Shown here: in pieces, positions 56,903-64,000 of the stretch
Numbering within the stretch: position 1 is the first letter of the stretch
How the letters are laid out: every line of letters begins with the position of its first letter
Source: an uncultured Ignavibacterium sp.
Lineage (GTDB): Bacteria; Bacteroidota; Ignavibacteria; Ignavibacteriales; Ignavibacteriaceae
DNA: 64,000 bases
Direction of reading: 5' to 3'
Assembly: GCA_964418885.1 (NCBI GenBank)
Contig: CAYQNW010000010.1
Location: 455-64,454, forward strand
Notes under the pieces: model-generated
The model's input: the letters and a program-made list of their open reading frames with translations, nothing else
What the model was told of the DNA's origin: nothing
Database searches by the model: none
Made by a program: the position numbers and the translations under genes

Positions 56903-56928
56903 AAAATGAATTAATTATTAATATATCG

Positions 56929-56962
56929 AAACTCCTTCTGCAGATTGTGGAAGGAGTTTTTA
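56929..56962 (+). terminator. Rho-independent terminator of the cytochrome c gene
   Basis: Perfect 10-bp stem aaactccttc / gaaggagttt, 11-nt loop, then TTTTT. Confidence 0.75.
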
Positions 56963-57133
56963 TTAATTATAGAAGTTACACAGAATCTTCAAATACAGTC
57001 ATTCCGGTTTGTCCGGAATCTAAAATATCATCATAATTAAAAGATTTTGGACTCGTTTCACTCACCAGAATGACATTTTATGTAACTTCTGTTAATTAAA
57101 AATATTTTGATAGTTGTTAATCAAGAATCTGCT

Positions 57134-58954
57134 TTACAAATTTCTCAGCCAGGCATCTCTTAAAAATTTCTGTTCTTCTGTTAGTTCACCCATATCTTCA
57201 AAAATATGTTTATCCATTCTCTGGTGTAAAATGGCAGGGATATCAACTTGTTTACCATTACGCTCTACTACCACTTCACAAGTATCGCCAACCTGCATGG
57301 ACAAAATTTGTCCAAGTATTTTATGTGCGCTCGTCATATTAACTTCCTGACCAAGAATTTTTAAAATTACATCGTTAATTTTCACGCCATCGTTCAGTAA
57401 TTCATCACTCGCCTCCCTCACAAAAAATTGATTTTTATCATTTAATCCTAATCCTATTCCTAAAGAGGGACGTTTATCTTCTGATACTCTTTTACTTATA
57501 TAACGGTAACCGAGCTTTTCCATATAATCTACATAAGGTAAAGACTTAGTCCCTCTGATATAATCATCAATAAACTCTTCTATTTGTGGATAGGTTAAGT
57601 CAACAAGAATATCAAAAAACTTGTCATCCATAAAAGGTTTATTCTTTCCATATTTTTTTAACAAATCAAACAACACTTCTCTCAGACCCCGTGTTCCGTT
57701 AGATAATTCCAGAAGTCTTATATCAAGCATTGCCGCTGTCACCGCACCACGATTATAAAAATTGAAGAATTGGTGACGTCCCTCTTCAGTATAAACCTCT
57801 TTGCTCATTTCGGTAAGACTAATGTTCTGGTTAAAATGATCGTTAACGTTCAATTCTTGTGAAATAGTATGTAAATACTCTTCCGGCGTTATTAATCCAG
57901 CCCGTAACTGCAATATGTGAGATTCCCATTCGGTAACTCCTTCATAAAGCCAGATGTGTTCCGAAGCAGTAGGCACTTCAAAGTTATAAGGTTCTATAAT
58001 ATTACTGTGCAGGTTAAGCGGTGTAAGTATATGCATAAACTCATGTGCCATATCATCTCGCATACGATTCGAAAGCCTGCCTCTCGAAGGAAATACAAAT
58101 AACGAACTATTAGAATGTTCCAGTGCCCCCGCAGATTGGAGATTATTTCTCTCGTAATCTTCAGGACTCATAAAACAAAACAGGAAATCGTAATGGTCAG
58201 TCGGTGAATATCCCATAAACTTACCTGCAGCCTGCAATACCTCATTAGCCATTTTCATAACCTTGCCTGCTGTTACAGAAGTGTCGGGTGAATAAAGGTA
58301 AACATCAACATCTATATCATTTACTTTTGTACTTGCATTTGTCAGATTGCCGATCAGAAAAGGTGAATCAGCAAGCCGATCATAAGTTGCAGCATAATAA
58401 AAGCCGTCATCACCCTTATTTAATGCAGTACCGATTGTCCAATCGGATTTATAATCTACTTTAAGCTTTATTGGGTTCGATTGAAGTCCTTCGAAAAAAC
58501 CAAGCACGCCGAAAGTGTTAAGAACGACAAACGCACTATCGATCCCTGTTCCGCCCATCGGATCCACTGAAATTCCGGGCGCATCGGAATCGAATGAATC
58601 TTCGATATCGTAAACCAGTTTCGCAAGCTTATTTACGTCTTCTATTTCCCACCGGTTTGTCGAAATGTGTTCGACATTTAATTCGTTACCATCACCATCA
58701 TAAGCTTTAATTGACTTCATAAATCTTCCGAAATCCATAACCTCATAAGTGCCGGGCGCAGTTGCCGGAAGATTATAAATATCGTTTTCATCTGTAAGTC
58801 CGTTTACGGAAACCGAAACGTGAAACAAATCATCGTTACTGTTTATAAGGTTGATATCATAAATAATTTGTGCTGATGAATCATGGTCAGCCGTGGGTTG
58901 ATACCCGTAAACTACAACACAGAAAAGAATCAGAAATGAAAATATCTTTCGCAT
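57134..58954 (-). CDS. Secreted zinc metallopeptidase with C-terminal PDZ domain (M61-like)
   Basis: Signal peptide. HExxH (MAHEFMHILTP) with a downstream Glu block (LYEGVTEWES). C-terminal PDZ-like segment (GLGLNDKNQFFVREASD...GVKINDVILKILGQEV). Confidence 0.72.
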   Translation of the reverse strand: MRKIFSFLILFCVVVYGYQPTADHDSSAQIIYDINLINSNDDLFHVSVSVNGLTDENDIYNLPATAPGTYEVMDFGRFMKSIKAYDGDGNELNVEHISTNRWEIEDVNKLAKLVYDIEDSFDSDAPGISVDPMGGTGIDSAFVVLNTFGVLGFFEGLQSNPIKLKVDYKSDWTIGTALNKGDDGFYYAATYDRLADSPFLIGNLTNASTKVNDIDVDVYLYSPDTSVTAGKVMKMANEVLQAAGKFMGYSPTDHYDFLFCFMSPEDYERNNLQSAGALEHSNSSLFVFPSRGRLSNRMRDDMAHEFMHILTPLNLHSNIIEPYNFEVPTASEHIWLYEGVTEWESHILQLRAGLITPEEYLHTISQELNVNDHFNQNISLTEMSKEVYTEEGRHQFFNFYNRGAVTAAMLDIRLLELSNGTRGLREVLFDLLKKYGKNKPFMDDKFFDILVDLTYPQIEEFIDDYIRGTKSLPYVDYMEKLGYRYISKRVSEDKRPSLGIGLGLNDKNQFFVREASDELLNDGVKINDVILKILGQEVNMTSAHKILGQILSMQVGDTCEVVVERNGKQVDIPAILHQRMDKHIFEDMGELTEEQKFLRDAWLRNL

Positions 58955-59169
58955 TTTAATTTCCTTAAATATTATGAGTTTATTTTTATATCCTGAAACA
59001 AAATTAAACTTTTAATCCAATAGTACAGGAGAATTTTTGATGAATGGATATTTATTTCGATAGATGATGAAACCTAAGAATGCAAAAATGCTTTCTAATC
59101 ATCAAGTGCCCCATCTAACGGATATTATTTATTTCTTATATTTGCTTTTGCTATTTCAAAATAATTGAT

Positions 59170-59982
59170 ATGATAGAAGTTAAAGGAATAAAAATAGGGG
59201 GGAACAATCCATTTGTGCTGATTGCGGGACCCTGCATCGTTGAATCCAAAGAAATCGCTTTCCAAGCTGCTGAATCGATAAAAGAAATAACAACAAAACT
59301 CCAGATCCCGTACGTTTATAAATCAAGCTACAAGAAAGCAAACCGGACAAGCATTAATTCGTTTACCGGTATTGGTGATAAAGAGGCACTTGAAATTCTG
59401 AGTGAAATAGCGACTAAGTTCCAATTACCTATCTTAACAGATGTACACAATAATGAAGAAGTTGCAGGTGCAGCTTCTGTTGCAGATATTTTACAGATAC
59501 CGGCATTTTTATCTCGCCAGACAGAACTATTAATTGAGGCAGGTAAAAGCGGTAAAGTAGTTAATATAAAAAAAGGACAGTTCCTTGCACCCGATGAGAT
59601 GAAACATGCTGTTTCTAAAGTCGAATCAACGGGCAATAAAAATATCCTGTTAACGGAAAGAGGAACAACATTCGGATATCATAATCTTGTTGTCGATATG
59701 CGTTCAATTATAATTATGAAAGAGTTCGGTTACCCGGTTGTTATGGATGCAACACATTCTGTGCAGCTTCCAGGTGAAAATAGCATCAGTGGAGGACAGC
59801 CGGTTTATATTAAACCACTTGCACGTGCAGCAGCAGCTGTAGGAATAGACGCATTATTTTTGGAAGTACATCCAGATCCACCGAAAGCCTTAAGCGATGC
59901 TGCAAGCCAGCTTCCGCTTAGCAAGCTTGAAAATCTCTTAATTGAAATAAAAAAAATTGATGATCTTGTAAAAGGATTTTAA
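59170..59982 (+). CDS. kdsA: 3-deoxy-8-phosphooctulonate (KDO-8-P) synthase
   Basis: FVLIAGPCIVES, KSSYKKANRTS, TDVH, LTERG and DATHSVQLPG blocks. 270 aa. Confidence 0.93.
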   Translation: MIEVKGIKIGGNNPFVLIAGPCIVESKEIAFQAAESIKEITTKLQIPYVYKSSYKKANRTSINSFTGIGDKEALEILSEIATKFQLPILTDVHNNEEVAGAASVADILQIPAFLSRQTELLIEAGKSGKVVNIKKGQFLAPDEMKHAVSKVESTGNKNILLTERGTTFGYHNLVVDMRSIIIMKEFGYPVVMDATHSVQLPGENSISGGQPVYIKPLARAAAAVGIDALFLEVHPDPPKALSDAASQLPLSKLENLLIEIKKIDDLVKGF

Positions 59983-59989
59983 ATGTTAA

Positions 59990-60988
59990 ATGAATTTGAA
60001 AGGATATGTATTGACCCCCGATGAAATAATTAATAAAGGTAAAGAAGTAATTAAAATAGAAGCAGAAGCTGTTGCAAAACTTATAGATAGCGTTAATGAT
60101 GAGTTCGTAAAAGCTGTCGATGTGATTTACAATTCCGGCGGGAGAGTTGTTCTCACCGGAATGGGCAAGTCGGGATTAATTGCAAGGAAAATCGTAGCAA
60201 CCTTAAACTCAACCGGAACAGCTGCTATTTATATGCATCCAACTGATGCTTTGCACGGCGATCTTGGTATGGTAAGAAGTGAAGACGTTGTAATAATTGT
60301 TTCTAAAAGCGGATCGACAGAAGAATTAACAAAGCTTCATTTAATGTTCAGAAGACTCGGTGTAAAGATAATCGCGATGACTGGTAACGCTGATTCTCAA
60401 TTAGTAAAAGAATCGGATATCTTTCTAAATATAAGTGTAAAAGAAGAAGCCTGCCCTCATGATCTAACACCAACGTCTTCCACTACCGCCGCACTCGTTA
60501 TGGGTGATGCTCTTGCAGTTGCGTTACTTGAGAAAAGGGGATTTACCGCGGAAGATTTTGCCTTGCTACATCCAGGCGGGAGTCTTGGAAAAAGATTGTC
60601 TCTTAAGATAGAAGAGATAATGATTAAGGGTGATGGAATCCCAAGTGTAAAAGAAGATGCAAATCTGAAAGACATAATATTTGAGATGACGAGTAAGCGT
60701 CTTGGTACTACCTGCGTGGTAAATTCAGAAGGAAAACTTACCGGGATAATAACTGACGGCGATTTAAGAAGATTGCTTGAAAAAACAATGGATGTAAAAG
60801 ACTTAAGAGCTGCAGATATTATGACTCGAAATCCGAAGACAACAAAAAAAGTTTATCTCGCCTCATTTGCACTTCAGCATATGGAAAACCATAAGATAAC
60901 TTCATTGATAATTGTTGAAGATGATAAAACTCCTGTCGGTATTCTTCATCTTCACGATCTTATCAATATCGGGTTGCAGATAAGGTGA
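59990..60988 (+). CDS. kdsD: Arabinose-5-phosphate isomerase (KpsF/GutQ family: SIS + tandem CBS)
   Basis: SIS domain (VVLTGMGKSGLIARKIVATLNSTGT, IIVSKSGST) followed by two CBS motifs. Starts 7 nt after kdsA. Confidence 0.85.
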   Translation: MNLKGYVLTPDEIINKGKEVIKIEAEAVAKLIDSVNDEFVKAVDVIYNSGGRVVLTGMGKSGLIARKIVATLNSTGTAAIYMHPTDALHGDLGMVRSEDVVIIVSKSGSTEELTKLHLMFRRLGVKIIAMTGNADSQLVKESDIFLNISVKEEACPHDLTPTSSTTAALVMGDALAVALLEKRGFTAEDFALLHPGGSLGKRLSLKIEEIMIKGDGIPSVKEDANLKDIIFEMTSKRLGTTCVVNSEGKLTGIITDGDLRRLLEKTMDVKDLRAADIMTRNPKTTKKVYLASFALQHMENHKITSLIIVEDDKTPVGILHLHDLINIGLQIR

Positions 60989-61021
60989 TTTGTAGGATTT
61001 TCTTAATCAGATTTTGATTAA

Positions 61022-61083
61022 AATAGCCGCAACCTTAAGGTTGCGTTTTAATAAAGTATCGCAGTCTAAAGACTACGGCTACC
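61022..61083. repeat. Structured intergenic repeat, copy A (outer stem enclosing two hairpins)
   Basis: tagccg[gcaacc-ttaa-ggttgc]g-ttttaataaagtat-c[gcagtc-taaa-gactac]ggcta. The outer stem tagccg/cggcta encloses two hairpins. About 70 percent identical to copy B over about 61 nt. Confidence 0.6.
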
Positions 61084-61138
61084 ACCTTCTCAATTATCAT
61101 AATATCTTTGAAAGTAAAAAGTTGGGGTGAGGTTTACT

Positions 61139-62308
61139 TTAACTCTTCAAATATTTAAGCGCAAGGCAGGTTATGTCATCCGATTGTTCAACACCTTCTG
61201 AAAATGTCTGCACTTTTTCGAAAACATGTTCAACAAGTTCATTCACGCCTAAATCATTTTTTCCTTCGAGAATTTTTGCCAGACCGGTTTCGTGAAATTC
61301 TTCACCTTCTTTATTGAATGATTCAGTTACACCGTCGGTGAAAAATAAAATGCTTTCTCCGGGTTGAAGCATAACTACATTCGATTCGTATGGCATATCT
61401 TTCATCGCGCCTATCATAAGCCCACCTATATTATCGAGTTCACTAACCTTACCTTCTGTCGATATTAAAAAAGGAAGATTATGTCCGCCGTTTGAATATT
61501 CGAATGCACCGCTGCGTGTATCAAGCACTCCATAAAAAACGGTAACGAACATGTTAGAAGGACTTTCTTCCGCAATAATATTGTTGACTTCAGATAAAAC
61601 ATTATCCGCAGGCATTCCTTTCAGGGCAGTTGCCTTTAATAATGTTTTACTAACTGCCATTAGCAACGCTGCAGCAATTCCTTTTCCTGAAACATCCCCA
61701 ATCACTACACCGAGTCTGTATTTATCGATAAAAAAGAAATCATAAAGATCACCGCCGACATCTTTTGCGGGGATCATCTTTGCGAATATTTCGAACTCTT
61801 TTCTATCGGGGAATGGCGGAAATGTTTTTGGAAGTATAGATGTCTGAATAACATTTGCAATATCGAGTTCCTGCTGAAGCGCAATCAACTTGGTCTGTGC
61901 AGAAAGTACGGATTTATATTCTTCAATTTCTTTTAATGATTTTTCAATAGTTATTTCAAGATCTTTTAAATCAATCGGTTTAGTTATAAAATCGTAAGCG
62001 CCACGATTCATTGCCGTTCTAATATTTTCCATATCACCATAAGCAGAAACAATAACCGATTTCAATATTTTATTATCAAGTTCATTTATTTTTGAAAGCA
62101 GTGTGAGTCCGTCCATAACCGGCATATTGATGTCGGTTAATATGAGATCGATTGATCCGTCATTTGCAATTTTTTCAAGTGCCTGCACACCGTTTTCTGC
62201 AAAATGAAATTCGTATTCTTTTGCTTTAATTCTATTCCGGAATTTCTGACTGATAAGTGCCTGAAGATCGGGTTCATCATCAACTACTAAAATTTTAGCT
62301 AACTGCAT
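61139..62308 (-). CDS. Response regulator fused to PP2C-type (SpoIIE/RsbU-like) phosphatase
   Basis: REC (ILVVDDEPD, LILTDINMPVMDG, ITKPI), a coiled linker, then a PP2C/SpoIIE domain (GGDLYDFF, GDVSGKGIAAALLMA, FTDGVTE, DDITCLAL). Confidence 0.88.
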   Translation of the reverse strand: MQLAKILVVDDEPDLQALISQKFRNRIKAKEYEFHFAENGVQALEKIANDGSIDLILTDINMPVMDGLTLLSKINELDNKILKSVIVSAYGDMENIRTAMNRGAYDFITKPIDLKDLEITIEKSLKEIEEYKSVLSAQTKLIALQQELDIANVIQTSILPKTFPPFPDRKEFEIFAKMIPAKDVGGDLYDFFFIDKYRLGVVIGDVSGKGIAAALLMAVSKTLLKATALKGMPADNVLSEVNNIIAEESPSNMFVTVFYGVLDTRSGAFEYSNGGHNLPFLISTEGKVSELDNIGGLMIGAMKDMPYESNVVMLQPGESILFFTDGVTESFNKEGEEFHETGLAKILEGKNDLGVNELVEHVFEKVQTFSEGVEQSDDITCLALKYLKS

Positions 62309-62320
62309 TTTAACGTTTCC

Positions 62321-62698
62321 TTAATTTGCATTCGGGTAATTTAATTTTTCTCTAAGCAAATCGAATTGAAGCGGTTTTGTAAAGTAATCGTCTGCACCGA
62401 GATTTTTTGCCATTGTAAAGTTTTGCTCGTCACCGTAAGCCGTAATCATAATAACTTTTAATTCGGGATAACGTTTTTTTATTTCTTTTAATAATTCTAT
62501 ACCGTTCATTTCAGGCATATTTATGTCCGACAGAATTAAATAATCTGTACGATCACTAATCGATTCGATCAATTCAAGCGCTGAGATTCCATTGTATGCA
62601 TATTTTATCTGCAACGTTCCTGCTTTTATTTCTTTCCGGAATTTCTGCTGAAACAGAAATTGAATGTCACTTTCGTCGTCTACAACTAAAAGTTTCAA
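62321..62698 (-). CDS. Single-domain response regulator (CheY-like)
   Basis: LLVVDDESD, LILSDINMPEMNG and FTKPL. 125 aa. SD AGGAGG. Lies 12 nt upstream of the RR-PP2C gene. Confidence 0.88.
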   Translation of the reverse strand: MKLLVVDDESDIQFLFQQKFRKEIKAGTLQIKYAYNGISALELIESISDRTDYLILSDINMPEMNGIELLKEIKKRYPELKVIMITAYGDEQNFTMAKNLGADDYFTKPLQFDLLREKLNYPNAN

Positions 62699-62736
62699 TA
62701 TACCTCCTGAGATTGACTAAAACATTTAATGTGATT

Positions 62737-62797
62737 GGTAGCCGCAACTCTTAGATTGCGCTTAATGTAATATTGCAGGCTGAAGCCTGCTGCTACC
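62737..62797. repeat. Structured intergenic repeat, copy B
   Basis: ggtagc-c[gcaact-ctta-gattgc]g-cttaatgtaatatt-[gcaggc-tgaa-gcctgc]t-gctacc. Same order of outer stem, hairpin, AT linker, hairpin and outer stem as copy A. The second hairpin is a perfect 6-bp palindrome. Confidence 0.6.
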
Positions 62798-62877
62798 GAT
62801 TTTCAAAAAATCCATTATCTGGATATACCAATTTCAAAAACTATGATGGTTTTACTAATATTTAACAATAATGTAAA

Positions 62878-63028
62878 TGTTGAACCTCTACGAGGTTCTT
62901 TAATTTGTATAAAATACTCTTAACTACAAACATTGAATTCCTAACGGAATTCTTATAAATCCCGTAAGGATTTAACGTTTGTAAAATAAAATCACCTCAT
63001 AAAATCAGAACACCATAGGTGTTCAACC
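62878..63028. repeat. Cluster of four GC-clamped hairpins with nested outer stems (structured element of unknown function)
   Basis: gaacct-ctacg-aggttc (62882-62898). tacaaac (62925-62931) ... gtttgta (62977-62983) enclosing gaattcc-taac-ggaattc (62935-62952) and aaatcc-cgtaa-ggattt (62957-62973). gaacacc-ata-ggtgttc (63008-63024). gttgaac (62879-62885) is also complementary to gttcaac (63021-63027). Confidence 0.45.
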
Positions 63029-63080
63029 ATAATCAAAAATGAATCGTAAACACAAATTAATAAAACAAGTATTCACTCAT

Positions 63081-64000
63081 TCATTGCTTCGATATAACAA
63101 TAACAAACTCCGTGTACTTTCCTTCTTCACTTTCAACCTTTAAATCTCCGTTATGCATCTTTGTAACTATATCATAACTTAGCGATAAACCCAAACCAGT
63201 TCCTTCTCCTGTCGGTTTTGTTGTGAAGAACGGTTGGAATATTTTATCTAAAATATCTTTTGGTACCCCTTTCCCGTTATCACCAATTCTAATTTCAACT
63301 TTATCTTTTAAATTCTTTGTTGAAACTTTCAATGTTGGTGAGAAATTATTATCACTACCTTTTTTCTTTCTGTCATAAGCTGCGTAACAGGCATTATTAA
63401 TTATATTTAAAAATACTCTGCTGATATCCTGTGGAACAACATTCACTTTTTCAAGTGATTTATCATAATTTTTTTCTATAGTTATATTGAATTCTTTGTT
63501 CATTGCTCTCATTCCGTGATATGCAAGATTCACGTATTGATCGAGAAGATCGTTTATATCTGTTAATGTCTTTTCTCCTGAAGTTCCTCTTGAGTGAAGA
63601 AGCATTCCTTTTACAATCGAGTCTGCACGTTTTCCGTGGTGGTTTATTTTTCCAAGGTTTTGTTTTAAATCTTCAATTAAGCTGGCAACTTCTTCTTCGT
63701 TTTTGTTTTTCAGCTCTTCTTTCATTTCGTCAAGAAGTTCACCGCTGACTTCAGAAAAATTATTAACAAAGTTTAAGGGGTTTTTAATTTCGTGCGCTAT
63801 GCCTGCAGTTAGTTCACCAAGCGATGCCATTTTTTCAGAATGGACTAATTGAGACTGTGCTGATTTTAATTCACTCAATGTTACTTCAACTGCTGCTTTT
63901 GCTTCTTCAAGATTATTAAAATCTTCATAACGTGCATAAGCAATGGAGAAAGCTTCAGCTAATGTTTTTGTTAGTTCAAGTTTCTCTTCATCAAGCGGAT
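63081..64000 (-). CDS. Sensor histidine kinase, 5' end beyond window
   Basis: The minus-strand frame stays open from 63878 to the window end (...PLDEEKLELTKTLAEAFSIAYARYEDFNNLEEAKAAVEVTLSELKSAQ...), so the TTG at 63878 is internal. HisKA H-box (LTAGIAHEIKNPLNF) and HATPase_c (INNACYA, DNGKG, GTGLGLSLS). Confidence 0.85.
   Translation of the reverse strand, partial: PLDEEKLELTKTLAEAFSIAYARYEDFNNLEEAKAAVEVTLSELKSAQSQLVHSEKMASLGELTAGIAHEIKNPLNFVNNFSEVSGELLDEMKEELKNKNEEEVASLIEDLKQNLGKINHHGKRADSIVKGMLLHSRGTSGEKTLTDINDLLDQYVNLAYHGMRAMNKEFNITIEKNYDKSLEKVNVVPQDISRVFLNIINNACYAAYDRKKKGSDNNFSPTLKVSTKNLKDKVEIRIGDNGKGVPKDILDKIFQPFFTTKPTGEGTGLGLSLSYDIVTKMHNGDLKVESEEGKYTEFVIVISKQ

Noticed and set aside
1-64000. 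CRISPR arrays, transposases, integrases, prophage genes, tRNA or rRNA genes
   Set aside because: I looked for regularly spaced direct repeats, DDE/tyrosine-recombinase-like ORFs and GC-rich tRNA-like islands in every intergenic region. None were found. The only clear RNA gene is rnpB.

Overview
AT-rich (roughly mid-30s % GC by eye) bacterial chromosomal segment, densely coding. Gene content suggests a Bacteroidota/Chlorobiota/Ignavibacteriota-type organism: several secreted proteins end in a T9SS C-terminal sorting domain with the NYPNPFNP(T/S)T motif, there are CarboxypepD_reg-fused TonB-dependent receptors and a long-form IspG, and Shine-Dalgarno sites are clear. Left to right the window holds: (1) five head-to-tail paralogous duplicated-FtsX (MacB-type) permease genes, the first cut by the window edge; (2) a TonB-dependent receptor plus an orphan membrane protein; (3) a housekeeping block of dnaG, a DJ-1/PfpI protein, ispG, a Nif3-family gene, a COG1579 zinc-ribbon gene, RNase P RNA (rnpB, absent from the ORF track), recJ, yebC, ruvC and ruvA; (4) small-enzyme and transporter genes; (5) a trehalose/alpha-glucoside locus (secreted GH65, TonB-dependent receptor, MFS transporter, cytoplasmic GH37 trehalase); (6) a T9SS cargo gene next to a beta-propeller histidine kinase and a LuxR-type regulator; (7) DinB, esterase and MFS genes; (8) a two-gene hypothetical envelope operon; (9) three tandem RRM RNA-binding protein genes; (10) a B12-binding radical SAM gene broken by three in-frame stop codons with no frameshift; (11) a two-component system followed by T9SS cargo genes, one with a type-1 copper (cupredoxin) domain, and a c-type cytochrome lipoprotein; (12) a PDZ metallopeptidase, kdsA and kdsD; (13) a signalling operon (histidine kinase, response regulator, response regulator-PP2C phosphatase) flanked and interrupted by a family of GC-clamped, multi-hairpin intergenic repeats. 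I found no CRISPR array, transposase, integrase, tRNA or rRNA. The points most worth follow-up are the nonsense-only radical SAM pseudogene, the structured repeat family around the signalling operon, the RRM triplet with long leaders, a terminator-type leader ending 3 nt before the Nif3 start codon, the orphan permease array, and the T9SS-exported blue-copper protein.
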